Below, piece after piece: positions 21,901 to 33,822 of a stretch of DNA of 64,000 nucleotides (its first letter is position 1; every line of letters starts with the position of its first letter). Below the pieces are notes generated by a model that worked only from the letters and a program-made list of their open reading frames with translations, had not been told where the DNA came from and did not search any database. Both the position numbers and the translations under genes were made by a program. Source of the DNA: Klebsormidium nitens (lineage: Eukaryota; Plantae; Klebsormidiophyceae); assembly GCA_000708835.1 (NCBI GenBank), contig DF236973.1, positions 294,699 to 358,698 on the forward strand. The letters are read 5' to 3'.

Positions 21901-24326
21901 GACTGAAAGAGATGAAGTCGAAGTAGAGCTGCAGCATTCGGAGATACCACAACCTTGTCAGCGCAAAACAATCATCAGCATTTTAAAAATCCCCTTCGGT
22001 TCCTGGACCATCTGCTTTTCTCCTCGTTTTCTTTCTTCTGTTCGCGAAACCAATCTTCCAAATTTTCCTTTTGTTGGGGTTTCTTGGAAGGCGTATGAAC
22101 AGCAAAAACAGGTGAACCCAGTTTCTCACGACATGCAAAGTCGATACGCCAGGAGTGGAGTGCCTAACGACGAGATTGCTTATACTTTCTCTGAACAAAG
22201 GGGCCGAGTAAAAGCGGTCCTGACCCAAAAAAGCTCACCTAGACTTTAACACCTTTGAGTGTTCGCCTTCAAAGATCTCAGGACCGTTTCTGAGGTTCTA
22301 AAAGTTACATCCAAAAATTGAGTACTTTAAGCGTCCGAAAAATGGCCTAGAAGATTGGTTTGGAGTGGCCGAAGACAGAGCAGTCGTGAAGCAGTGTCGT
22401 TTCGACGAAGCTGCCAGATAAAGATCAGGGCGATTCCTAAAGCACGGAGATGGGCGAAGGCGGCCTGCCATTCGAGGCCGGAAAAGTATAGACTCCCTTC
22501 CATTCGGCTTAGTAAAAGTTCGTCCGCCGTAACTAGTAGGAGCGGTAACTAGTAGGAGCAAAGAACCTAGCTGACAGCTGACGTCCCCAGCTCAGTCGCA
22601 CGCGGAATACTATACCTTATCCGAAGCCTTTGCAGTCACAGGCAATGCCAGCCGGACCAAGAGGGAAAAGCGAAGAACAGAGTCCAACTTCAGATGCGAG
22701 AGGCGGACATCACCAAGCCTTGCTTGCACGAAACCCGCTCCGAAAGTACTGCCAGTGTTGATACCTTACCGGGTCACTGAGGTCTCCGTACTTTGCCTTC
22801 AGAGGGCTGTACTGCAGCGCATACGGCTCCAGCTCGCTTTGCCGCAATTTCCAAAACTGCAAAGACAAGGGAAATCATCGGGAGGCCAGAACTTTGAGGG
22901 GTTTTCCCTTGCAATTTCATTCAATGAACCAGCAATCCCTAGAACGCCAATTCTCGAACACGGATCGGAAGCATATCAAGTCCCGACATTGAAGTCGTTC
23001 ACTTTTCCGCGCTGCCAAAAATTGACTGTTTGTATGGACGTTTAGATAAAAGACAGCAGGTTTAGAGGTCTTGTTTGAAAGCAGGAATCTCATATGTCTA
23101 AAAGAAGGTAATCAGAAACCAGCAAGAAGGCGCACTAAGTCACCGATTTTTGACCAGAGAAAGTCAAATATACAACTCCTGGTTGCAAAAGACGGCCAGG
23201 TCTGTCAAGCAACATCAACCACTTGAGTTCAACAGCAACCAAAAGAAGAGCAGGCAGGAAAACAAAGGGGTCGATTCCTCCGCATTTTTTATTCACAAAC
23301 GAGTCCACCTCTTCAGCTTGCAATCTTCTGAGCTGAATCCACCACCGGTTTGATCAAGGACCAGTCCCGCTACGAAGTCCTCATAGATCTGTGAGGGGCA
23401 TCTCAGTTGTCCCCCTTTCATAGCAAGATTGGACCGCCATCAATCGCCGCAAAGGGGTCATTGATTACAACGACTATAACTGGTTTCTGGGGTGTGTACC
23501 TGGAACCAGCTGACTTCCAACTCAATCTGCGCGTCTCGCTTGAGAGTAGACACAAAACACCCACCTTAACCTGAAACCTGTCCATCGGTACAAAATCTAG
23601 TTCGTCCACTGCTTCATAAGACGACCGCATCAGCAGGACCGCAAACTTAAGGTCCAGTCTTTTGCGCTGGAACTTGACGGGGTCAGGGGCGAGGGGGGGA
23701 AGAAACGTGGAGGCCCTGTCGGCCCAGCCGCGGGGGGAGTCTGACCAGTCGAAATCGAGGATCGCCCTGGTTGACAGGGCCTTTTCAGATTTTGCGCTCT
23801 TTCTGAATCCGATGGAATGGTGGTGCAGCTTATGTCTATCTGTGAACTCGGATCTTTGCGGTCCAGTGAATCTGCATCTCTGCAGTCGCTTTGATGAGGG
23901 GCTTGGGAAAGAATCCACAGTTTGTTGGTGGCAGAGAAAAGCGCGCACAGTGCAAGAGTTTATCCCTATTGCCCCTGGCCGAGCTGCGTCAGATCTAAGC
24001 GCCGCTGCCGGGACGCATGCCCCCCGGCGGTGAGTGCAATGTCTTTGGGGAAAATCTGCATTGTGGCCGCTTGCTCTGGCTCTTGCATCTAGTTTGACAT
24101 TACTCAGATCAATTGCAGCATTGCCCGCTTCTGTCCTTGCAGGAAGCCAACCTACCCTGCCGCCAATGTGGGGAGCTAGCACACTGTTCATTGCATTCAG
24201 TCGGGCGGTGGTATCTCCAGCGGCTTGGCCGCGCCACTGCCCCTGAATCGTATCATTGATGTGCCTGTGACTTGGAGTTTGCACGAAAGCTGACGTTTTA
24301 GAGCAAGGTAGCGCTGCACTTGACAT
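18905..24326 (-). CDS. Conserved hypothetical protein of photosynthetic eukaryotes, probably plastid-targeted
   Basis: Exons 24326(?)..23565, 22856..22770, 21928..21851, 21184..20996, 20104..19994, 19099..18905, all phase 0 with GT-AG borders. The core reads DLKFAVLLMRSSYEAVDELDFVPMDRFQVK-FWKLRQSELEPY..YGDLSDP-LYFDFISFSQY. The N-terminus is S/A/R-rich and transit-peptide-like. The first exon may hide an extra intron. Family recognised as conserved but function unknown to me. Confidence 0.75.
20560..21070 (-). repeat. About 200-bp donor-spanning copies in an intron of the conserved plastid-type gene
   Basis: The minus-strand exon end CCCTGTGCCATGCGAGGCGGGCGCGCCAGCCGACTGC|GTGAGTCG recurs as CCCCGTGCCGTGCGAGGCTGCCACACCATCCGACTGTGTGTGTCG (about 20790-20830) and again near 20585-20635. 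Confidence 0.75.
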
Positions 24327-25212
24327 TCTTAGTAACGCGCGGAAAGTAATTACAACTGTACCTTGCAGGGTATCAGCTCCAGACGAATCAAGCGGCAATA
24401 CTTGCAATCACTGAATGCATCTTACAGGGCTGTCGATCAGTGCTGCATTTCAGCTTATCGGAACAATCTACAGATTCGCCTTGCTGCCCTCACAAGGACC
24501 TTCACAATCGCCTGATGCCAATGCCAATCCGAATCGCCTGTATCCTGGATGGCCAGCTAGCGCCAGCGTCCTAGCGCCAGCACATGGCTGTAAATCTAGG
24601 GTGGCGGCAATATACTGTAGCTGGAAAAGCGCAGCTGCCGCCCTGCGCGGCCGCGTCGCGGTAATGCTTTAAGATATTTCCTGGGGCACCATTCCCGTGC
24701 ACTTTGTCTAAGCTTTTTGAACTTTGAGCAATCCTGCTGGTTACTTTCCTTGAGAGGTCCAAAATGTATATCCTTTTTTGCCCGGAAGAAAGTGCTTCCC
24801 CTCCACGTTCGCAGCCGTCAGATGGCTTTTCCGCGAGTTATCTGACGGTGCTCATGAATCTAAAGAATATCAGAAGAATCCGCGGATGGTGGACTCGGAG
24901 AGGAATGGCGGTCGGTTTCAGCAACAAACAGCAATTGCTGTTTGCTGGTAGCAACTTCTTCCCTTCTTTGAAGTTTGAATTTTCCCCTTCCCTTCGTCAA
25001 GGAATCTGCTGCCAGTGCTGGAGTTAAGAATTGCCTTGTCGACTTTGAATGCCGGAGACGAAGGATGGGAAGGAAGAAATGTGGGAGCAGAGCCTGCAAT
25101 CACGTGGTTTGAAGTCCTACCTATGGTGAAGAGAAAGCAACAGCTTTGATCCAATTGGCAATTGCCTCGACCGCCCTTTGCACTGGAAACCACAGATAGG
25201 TCTCTTGCCAGC

Positions 25213-28200
25213 ATGACGTCAGCAAAAGCGCTGGCGGGCTCCTCAGCCATGCCGTGCGCTCAATGCGGCTTTGGGCCGTCCCAGTCTTTCAGGGCCGAGC
25301 CCTCTCCACCGTCAACTGCCGGCCCATATAGAAATCATCTTGCCTCGCCCTCCTCCTTTTCTAATCATACAAAATTCAAAAATAGAAAAGCGCCCAAATG
25401 GCCGGCTGGTTTTGGCAAGATGAAAGGGGCCCGGCGGGCCGTGTCAATGGAGTACGGGGGAAACATGATCAGACCGGAATTGACGGGGGAGCGGGAGATT
25501 GTGTCGGGCCAGCAAATGCTGCAGCAGCTCCGGAAGCAGTTGCTTGAAGCCATCAACATGGAGGTGAGGGTTTGGAAGGCAAAATGCACTGAGCTGCTTT
25601 TACTTGGACATACAAGGCTTGTCTCAACGTCCGAGAAAGCAGACTGTTAGGGCAGAGGCACAGTCCGAAGCCTGCCTCAGGGTGGCCATGAGGTCGCTCT
25701 CTGACTGCCTTATCTGCAGCTGGTTTGACTGCGCGGATCGGGAATCTTTTCTTGGACTTTCTGAGCGGAATTCCTTTGACGTCCTTGGTTCCTCAAGTTA
25801 GGCTGCAGTGTAAGCTGGCTGGTAAACGAGTTTGTGTAAACGTGTGTGAAGAGTTTTGGTAATGGTGGCCTTGCAATAAGCTCGTGCTCCCTCTACGGCA
25901 GTCTAGGCAAGAATCCAGACTCTGTTTACTCAAGTTAGACGCCAGAATAGAACAAACAAAAAATAAATAGTTGAGCTGGCTGCACATTGGGCACTTCTTT
26001 CCAGAACCTCACGGTATTGTGAAGCATTACTTTCTTGGCAGTCAGGTTGACAAGCCGTTCAGATCAAACCAAAGTATTCATTTGCAGGTTTCAGCTTCTG
26101 TGAGGAATGTCTTCATACTGTCAACTCAACCAGGGACTTTTGAACAGTGGAAGCTTCCGTTCAGCAACTCGTAATACCAATGCACTGATTGCAAGAATCC
26201 ACAGTGAACTCCTGCTTTTAGAGTAATTATAGGTCTTTCTTAATATGGGCAGTGTTGGAAACACATCTGAGGTACAGCTATCTACCAAACAACAGCCTGT
26301 CCTCAAAGATGTCTCACAACATCGATTTGCACCGTGCATAAGCTAGCAGACTCAGGTCAGGATAGTCTTTTACAAAACATCATGGGTTCTTAAAAACAGG
26401 TTCACTGTACTTCTCATTGTCAAAGTCGAGCTGGCGCAGTTTGCTAAAGCCAGATACAACCCGAGAGCAAGCCCTGAAATGAATTAAAACCTTGGAAGCT
26501 CAAAATGGTTGCAGAAAGTTAATCGTTCAAGCTGATCATTTTCGTCGCCTGTGTTTCTGACAACAGGATTACATCGAGGCAGCGCGGGTTCGTGACTTCA
26601 TCAGCATCGTCGTCTCCCAGGACCCGGTGCTGAGCACACGCGAGGCGCTTGAGCGGGCAATCTCTGAGGAGCGGTACGACGTGAGTGCATCACACACTCT
26701 CATAGGATCAGAAACCACCAATGTGGGATGCTTTGGTTTTTGCTAAAAGGCTTCTCTGATTTATGCACTTGTACTGTTCCACGGTGAGTATCTTTCAAAG
26801 CGTCACGCGGATTATGTGGTATCCTCCACTTGCGCATGCTGTTAGAAGTCCTATGTTGATGCAGCCTTTGCAAAGCTCAGAAACATCATGGGAAACAGAA
26901 GCTGTAGTTGACGTTTACAAAATGGAAGATTTTCTTGGGGTACGGTTCGGGCTGCTCTACCGTGACTTGGAAAAATCAGAACACTCGACCGATCTCCAAA
27001 GCTGTACCACCAAACGTGCTCTTAAGTACGGCATTCCACAAGTACGGCATGTGGATTTTTTCAATCAGTGCCAAAGTTTCACCAACGCCCCATGTGTTGA
27101 TATCAGGATGCGGCCAAGCTGCGCGACGAGTTGAAAGACCTGACCCCGGTCGAGGAGGAGACTGCAAGCTTTCTGGGCGATCTGGGGAACTCCAGTGATA
27201 CACTCACACAGGTGAGCAATTGTCACTTCGGTTCTTGATGTGATAGTGTGCGTCGTTTTGGCTTGGCTTTTAAATAAGCTTCTGGAGATCGGTGATTGTG
27301 GGCTGGGATGATGTGCACATTCCAATCAATTGGATTCGCTGCTCTTCGCTCTTTTCGGTCAGCCTTGGATACTGCAAATGATGCTTGTTAACAATCTGCA
27401 AAGTATCTCTAAAGTGAACGAGAGTTTGCGCCATTCAAGCAAAGTATTGATCTTTTCCTGCATTTTGTCAATTCAATCATCTAGCCAAATTGCATTAGCT
27501 GGCACAGTGTACGATCACCAAAGTGCTGCCACTTGGAGCACAACATCAAGGTCGAGTTTGACACCGAGCAGAAGTGATCTGGTATCCATTCACCTACTTG
27601 TTGCCCTTTGGCAGAACATGTCACGGTAAACAGCTAAGTACACTGTAATCGAACAGCCCGTTTGCTGTCTGCTGGCACGTCACAGAGAACTATCCTTCAC
27701 AGTGTTTCAATGAAAAGTGAATAATACTGTCTCCGTTGCAATGCTTTGCAGAACATCCGCGTGCGCGTGAAGAGTGGTTACGTGGTGGAGCGCAGCGACC
27801 CTCTGAAGCAGCAGTACTTCTTTGCGTACCGCATCCGCATCACCAACGAGGGCCCGCGCACCGTCCAGCTCCTGCACCGCCACTGGGTCATCACCGACGC
27901 CACCGGCCGTACCGAGGAGGTCCGGTGAGGATCATGGTTTCTCTTTGCTTTTTATTAATATTTTCTAGATTTATTTGCAATAATTGCTACGTCTGACACC
28001 GTAAAGGCGTGGACGTTGCTTTCGTATGCTTTGCTTTGGTTGCTTCACGATTAGATTTACCAGAGCCACCGGCCGCACCGAGGAGGTCCGGTGAGGATCC
28101 ATAACCCACATCCTGGTTGGTTTTCTCCTTATTTCTCGTTTAATCATTTTACCTCCTCCTTTTTTCAAATTGACTATCCATGGTCCGCACCGAGGAGGTC

Positions 28201-29463
28201 GGGTGAGGACACTGAGTCTCATTCACTTTATGTTGGAACCTTTCAATGCTACCAGCCGCATCGAGGAGTTACAGTGATGGCTGTATTTACGCCAATTGTT
28301 GCACCAGGATTGCCACTGAAGGAGAGAGGGAGTCTCTCTTTCATTCACTTTCTCGCTCCACATACATGCCGGTCGTTTGCACGGAGTTCCGACCAAGAAG
28401 CGTGCCAGGGAATTGCAAAGTGCAACCTGAGTGAACAGATTCCACGATTACTTCGAGGCTGCTGAGGACCCCCAATATGTTATGTTTTTGATATTCAAAT
28501 GTCCTCCCTGCCTCGGCCAAGACAAAATGCCCCGCAAGCGCTACAGAAGAGCAGTCAAGAAAGCTGCTCTTCTGATGGCTCTCGCCCCTTGCGTAATCGG
28601 AGGACCCCCGTATTCTGCTTAGGACGCTCATTGAGCCGCATAAGATGTCAGGCGGGTTTCATAGCTTATATTCGATTGCGGTGCCAATGGAGAGCTCTGA
28701 GTAAAAGACCCGGTAACACAGCCTCCTCGATTGAGCTTACTGCGACCCACTAATCCAACCTTGCCACCCACCAAACGCTTCACAAGCCAAACCCTGCCAC
28801 TAACCAAGCCCTGCCACTCACCAACTCTTGCCAGTAACCAGATCCTGCCACAAAACAAACCCTGCCACTAACCAGACCGATAACTTTTGCAGGGGTCCTG
28901 GAGTGATTGGCGAGCAGCCTGTCCTGAGGGCCGGGCACGAGTTTGAGTACACTTCTGCTTGCCCTCTTAGAACGCCAGCGGGCAAGATGGTGAGAAACAG
29001 CGTCACAGCGTTACGGTATTTGCTCTTCGCCTCAGTCGTGGTTTCTGGAGGCTACCGCCGCTGTCTTTCCTCCGCTGGAATGGTGCTGGAACATGCTGCT
29101 CTGCCTTAGGATCTTCGGGGCGCCAGCCTAAAGTCCGCTGAACCCTGCTCTTATTGAAGTTAACACATTTTGTGTCATGATTGTTCTCTGAAGCTTTTGG
29201 CTCAGGGGCTGACTCAATCATACCCCAGATGATACTTCACTCTCAGTCGTCTAGCCACGTTGTTCCCGATCAAGAGGCGCTCCAAAGATCCTTGAGACTC
29301 CTTACTCGGCTTCTCTCTTACGGTCGCTTCTTTTGTTGTGTAGGAGGGCGAGTATCAAATGATCCACGTGGACTCGGACGACCCGGCTCCCTTTGCAGTC
29401 AAGATCGGTCCGTTTGCTCTGCGGGCGGAGGAGGATGAGGAAAGCGCGGCGGGGTTCCAATAG
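25213..29463 (+). CDS. UVR(UvrB/C)-motif plus ApaG-domain protein, probably organelle-targeted (about 319 aa)
   Basis: Exons 25213..25563, 26567..26680, 27107..27211, 27752..27924, 28893..28989, 29344..29463 (960 nt, phases consistent). Two UVR motifs ([18 protein letters not shown]; [20 protein letters not shown]) and ApaG signatures [53 protein letters not shown]. Confidence 0.9.
27900..28280 (+). repeat. Donor-spanning copies in ApaG intron 4
   Basis: ACCGAGGAGGTCCG|GTGAGGA at 27925 recurs with GT at 28091, 28203 and (decayed) 28274. Confidence 0.85.
28747..28877 (+). repeat. About 17-bp minisatellite built on the branch-point motif (CCCTGCCACTAACCAA)n
   Basis: About seven degenerate units. 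The last CTAAC (28868..28872) lies about 20 nt upstream of the exon 5 acceptor. Confidence 0.7.
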
Positions 29464-31227
29464 CGGCGGGCTCTGGCTGATCTCGAGTCTAAGGAGATAG
29501 AGTCAGCTACAGAGTTTATAGATATTGTTGAGTGTTGAGTGAGCGGGCTAACTTAGTCACCTTAATCCCGACACGGTTTCTTGACTGGAGGCTGTACACT
29601 GAGAAAGCAGCCTGCCGTCGGGAGTGCATTTGTGTGCGCTATTGTTGGATAACCTAGCTAAGTCTAGGCGTGGAGTCAATCCTCGCAGGTTCGCCAACCT
29701 CAAACGAAGATAAGAGCAGGCGGACTTCCTGTGACCAGCACTACAGGTCAGCCAACTGTCGACACCCACTGGATTAAGCTTGCACGTTAAGGACTTTGTT
29801 GCAAGCATGTGGGCTTTGCCTTCCACCCACTAGAAGGGGTGGGGAGAAGTCTGTATTTTTAGGTTGGACAAAGCTGGGGGTACATAGCGTTCGACTCCTT
29901 CTGGCCGGAAGTACCTGGTTCCTCTTGACCGGTGGGGCTGCGGCCAACTTTCAAATGTAGTTATAAACCTTTTAGTGATTACTAGCTAGCAGTTCGACAT
30001 GTGCCTAGTTGGGTGCCCACGTGGTCTCGAGCAAAAGCTCACACTCTGATGATAAGCAGTCAGATTTGTGCTTGCCGGTCAAGTTGTCAACGTTGAGCAG
30101 GGCTTTGATAAAGTTGGGGTCGAGTCAACAGTGTGATTGAGCCCACTGAATGAAACAGCACTCTCGTGTATCTTGTCAATCCCCTGTAGTTAAACGAGAC
30201 AGCTACAGTTTACATGCAGTGTGCTCTGCGCGCTTAAGTACTAATACTTAAACCCACTTCGTATAGCGGCTCCAAGGTCGATATGCAACTGATCCGCGGG
30301 AAGAAGCATATATTTTGTTCAGCATCATTGTATGCCAGCATGCGCATAGGCAGCCATGAGGTGCATGCATCTAGGATTCTAGTGTCGGATCAGCATACGG
30401 CCCTGTAGTATATTCTTTAAGTTGTGCACCATCTTGTCAACTATGGACGATCGACAGCGCTACATCCCATGCAACTAAATGATAGCCCGTGTATCATAGC
30501 TGGGTATTAGTGATGTGTCCAACGGTCACCCGCAAACAAGCCACGTGCAGCTTATGGGCGAGATCGTGACGACTTGACAGTTTGGAAGATGACACAGGAA
30601 CTTAATAGCGCAAAACATGTCATGTGCAACATCGTAATTGCACAGATGTGAGCCGCGCATGCTGGCCGGCTAGGTGCACTTGCTGGCGCCATGCAAGGCA
30701 GCTGCTCCAGAGCGATGCCGGCTGTTCATTGCTGATGTGGATTCGGTGATGTCTGTCAGGTTGCTGGATATCTCTGATGGGTGACTGCTAGTGCATCTTG
30801 CTACTTTCAGATTTTGCAAAACCAGCCATTACGAAGACAGTCCAACAATCAAGAGCATCGTCGACCACGTCCAGGTCGTGGAGTCCTAAAATAACAGGTC
30901 GAGAAACACCAACTTACGAATTGAGGATGCTTACCCTTGCTTCGCAAACATGCAGTATACTCTGATTTGTAAGGTACCAGGTTTGCATGCAGTCCTGGCA
31001 GTCCCGGTTTCAGGAGCCGGGAACTGTAGTACCAATCATCTTGTGCTGGACCTGCAAGTGTATTCAACTAGCTACACACAACCTTGAACTTCTAGCAAAA
31101 AGCTACCCCAGAAACAGCATAACTCTACCAAGCACTTCGTCGCGTACTCATGCTCGATCAAAAGAGTGCCCTTGCCTAACATTTACGAACCAGATGTACA
31201 CAAAGAGGACGGGTGGATCATAGAAGA

Positions 31228-33243
31228 TCAGGCCAGCTTGGCAAGGGCTTCGATGCTTCCATTGAAGTGCTCCCCGTAGCCTTTCAGCTTCTGCATACGA
31301 TTGAACGGTTGATAAGCGTTAGACAACGTGCAATATTTGACGGGTTCTCAGGGGCACTCATTGGGTTTGAAAGTAAGTCGGTTGATTAACAGTCCTTAGA
31401 GCAGTTCATTCTCGCTTGTTGGAATTTTGCAAATCTAGGGTCTCAACCAGACAAAGCACACCTTTTGTTCAGTTGCAGATGACCGGCAACAAATATGCAA
31501 GAACCGTTTGTAGTCATTGAGGCCGTGCAATTGCTCTGTCAATACTCCACTTATCTCTTTTGTGAAAGCAACACCGCTCAAGTCCTCACCTCAATCGCTT
31601 CCGTGCACGCCTCCTGGTCAAGCACTGCCTTGCCCTTGGTGGCTGCCTGCTTCATGTAGCCATCGAGCGCCTTGAACGTCAGCGACTTCTGGTTGTTCTT
31701 GGAGGAGTCGTCCCAGGTCGGTGCGCTCGCTGCATTCTGCGCAGCACTAAGAACGTACTCCAAAACAGTGGGCCAGGCGGCGGAGGTGACCAGGTTCTTT
31801 CCCTCCTCAAGGATGGCTTTCTGCACAGTCAACAAAGTCGGAGGAACAAGTGAGTGTTATGATGCAACAGCTTAGGCAGAGGGTGCTTCGTTTCCTTTTG
31901 TCTTCAAAAGTGGATCTCAGCGACATGGAATAGGCCGAGCCGGTCTTAGAATGATAAAAGAGAAGAGCATCAGGACCAGGATTTCAAAGGCCGGATAGGA
32001 AGTTTTCAATGTGGACTAAAGCGTCAACCCGTCAAAATATAGAGAAGTGACAACAGGGTCAGCAGGCCAGTACCTGTTATCATGAGTCATGACAAATGGC
32101 AGGCAGACGAGTTACGGGATGAATCAGTTCAAACATAAGCAAGGCTGCCTCATTCTCAGGTTATCTATGCTTCAGCCAAGGGCAATTGAGGAATTTTCTT
32201 TGGAACTGTTGGTTACTCCTTCGCTTCAGTCAAGTCTCGCTTGCGACCACTGTCAATCATGATGTGGAAGGCCCTACCTTCAGTGCTCCTACATGGACAG
32301 AGCACCGCCGATAGCAGAACGCATCGCGCCCAGAGCCAAAGCGGGTGTTTGGCATGGCTCTCCAGATCTGCATATAAGAGATGGCATGAATGGGTTGTGA
32401 TGCAGACATCTAAAAGAAGAACAAGTGCCCCAAGTATCAATGCAATCAGGCTCACACTACAAGAGTTGACGACAGCGGAAGAGCTCCAGCAAAGTGCATA
32501 CAGATGTGCGTCCTTGACTTACATTCCTCTCCAGTTGGTCTAGCCTTTTAAGCTTCTTGGCAAGGTCTGGCTTTGGAAGGTTCTCCAGCACTCGGGCCTG
32601 CAGCTCTGGCTTCTCAGCAACCATCTTCAAAATGAGCTGTATCAGTTGCTCATTGTCGAATGCCTGGGGGAAAAAAAGAAAAAAAGTTCACAAATGTCAA
32701 AGATTGAATGTTTTCACTCCAGAGTCTTATCCTTTGTTGCATGATCTGAGCCTACAAAAGAATTCCAGAGTTTGCAATTGCAGTAAGATAGTACATTCGC
32801 GAACCAAGCCAAACATTTGCGAAAGAAGGGAAAAAGGCAAAAGGTTGTCAAGAAGATATCTAACATCAGCCAGGCAGAGAGACATTTGAAAACGGCTATG
32901 CCTCGAGCAATTCTTAGTGACAATCCTAGGTGCACTGTTAGAGATGTTGAGACAGCAGTAGACCTCAGGCTCATACGTTCTTCCTCTCAGCACTTTCCCC
33001 ATACCTTCAGCAATTTTGGCAGAGCGGGTGCTTTTGCTGCTGTTGGCTTCTTGCCAGCAGCCACCCGCTTTTGCTTCGGTTTGATCTGAGGGTGTGCAAC
33101 TGTGGCACCAACAGACGGTGACGTTTTCTGTTGATTGGTTCGTCCACCTCGCTCGCAGAGCCGAGCACGTCATCAGAGAAGCTGGAGCCTTCTGGGTCGA
33201 CCTCTGGCTCATAGGAGCCATCGCTCAAGGCTGGAGAAGCCAT
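31228..33243 (-). CDS. Cut8/Sts1-like protein (nuclear proteasome tether domain); apparent 1-nt frameshift in exon 1
   Basis: Exons 33243..33005, 32663..32523, 32367..32278, 31820..31590, 31290..31228. The protein reads [72 protein letters not shown], following the recalled Sts1/Cut8 helical pattern. Exon 1 is 239 nt, one base short of frame; one more base in the T4 run at 33124..33127 would restore it. Confidence 0.7.
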
Positions 33244-33822
33244 CTCAAATGCGGCAAGCTGGAACCACAGCACTCAGTCAACAAAGAATTTTCTTAGGCA
33301 AACACTTCAATGTCCGGTTAACCCTGCGGTTGGCCTGATGTATGGTGGCTTTGCACAGGCTAGGGAAGCGTTCACCACCAGAGCAGGATCCTCCCTGAGG
33401 CACCTTGGGAATCGAGGTACCGGTATGTGACAGCGGATAACATCCCTTGTCGTCGGTCGGCTTTCCAATACAGGATTCAGGAAGCAGCAAGTTCTGCCAG
33501 CCTCTTGAGTCTTGGTCCATCATGTCATTTCATAGCCTGAGGCTGCTGGTACAAATTTAAATTTTGGCGGGAAGCGAATGCTCGGTCGGACGATCTGCAG
33601 TGGGCTCACATTTGCGTTGACGGCTCAGATGTCTTCAGGCTTGAGAGACATACGCGATGAGCGAGCACAGGACATAGCGTATCTTCAACGCTAAGGCGTC
33701 AAGCGCAAGGAAGTTTGCTAGGAGCGCTGCCACATGCTGCGACCCAATCAAGAACAGCTGGGCGCAAGGTTGCACGTCCTGAGACAGAGCAAGAAGCGGA
33801 TGCAGCACCTCGAATCGAGGAC

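Noticed and set aside
23662-24246. Plus-strand ORFs overlapping the first exon of the plastid-type gene
   Set aside because: Antisense to a better-supported spliced gene; no recognisable features.
32523-32663. Suspected frameshift in Cut8-like exon 2
   Set aside because: On recount the exon is 141 nt and reads KLKRLDQLERN in frame.
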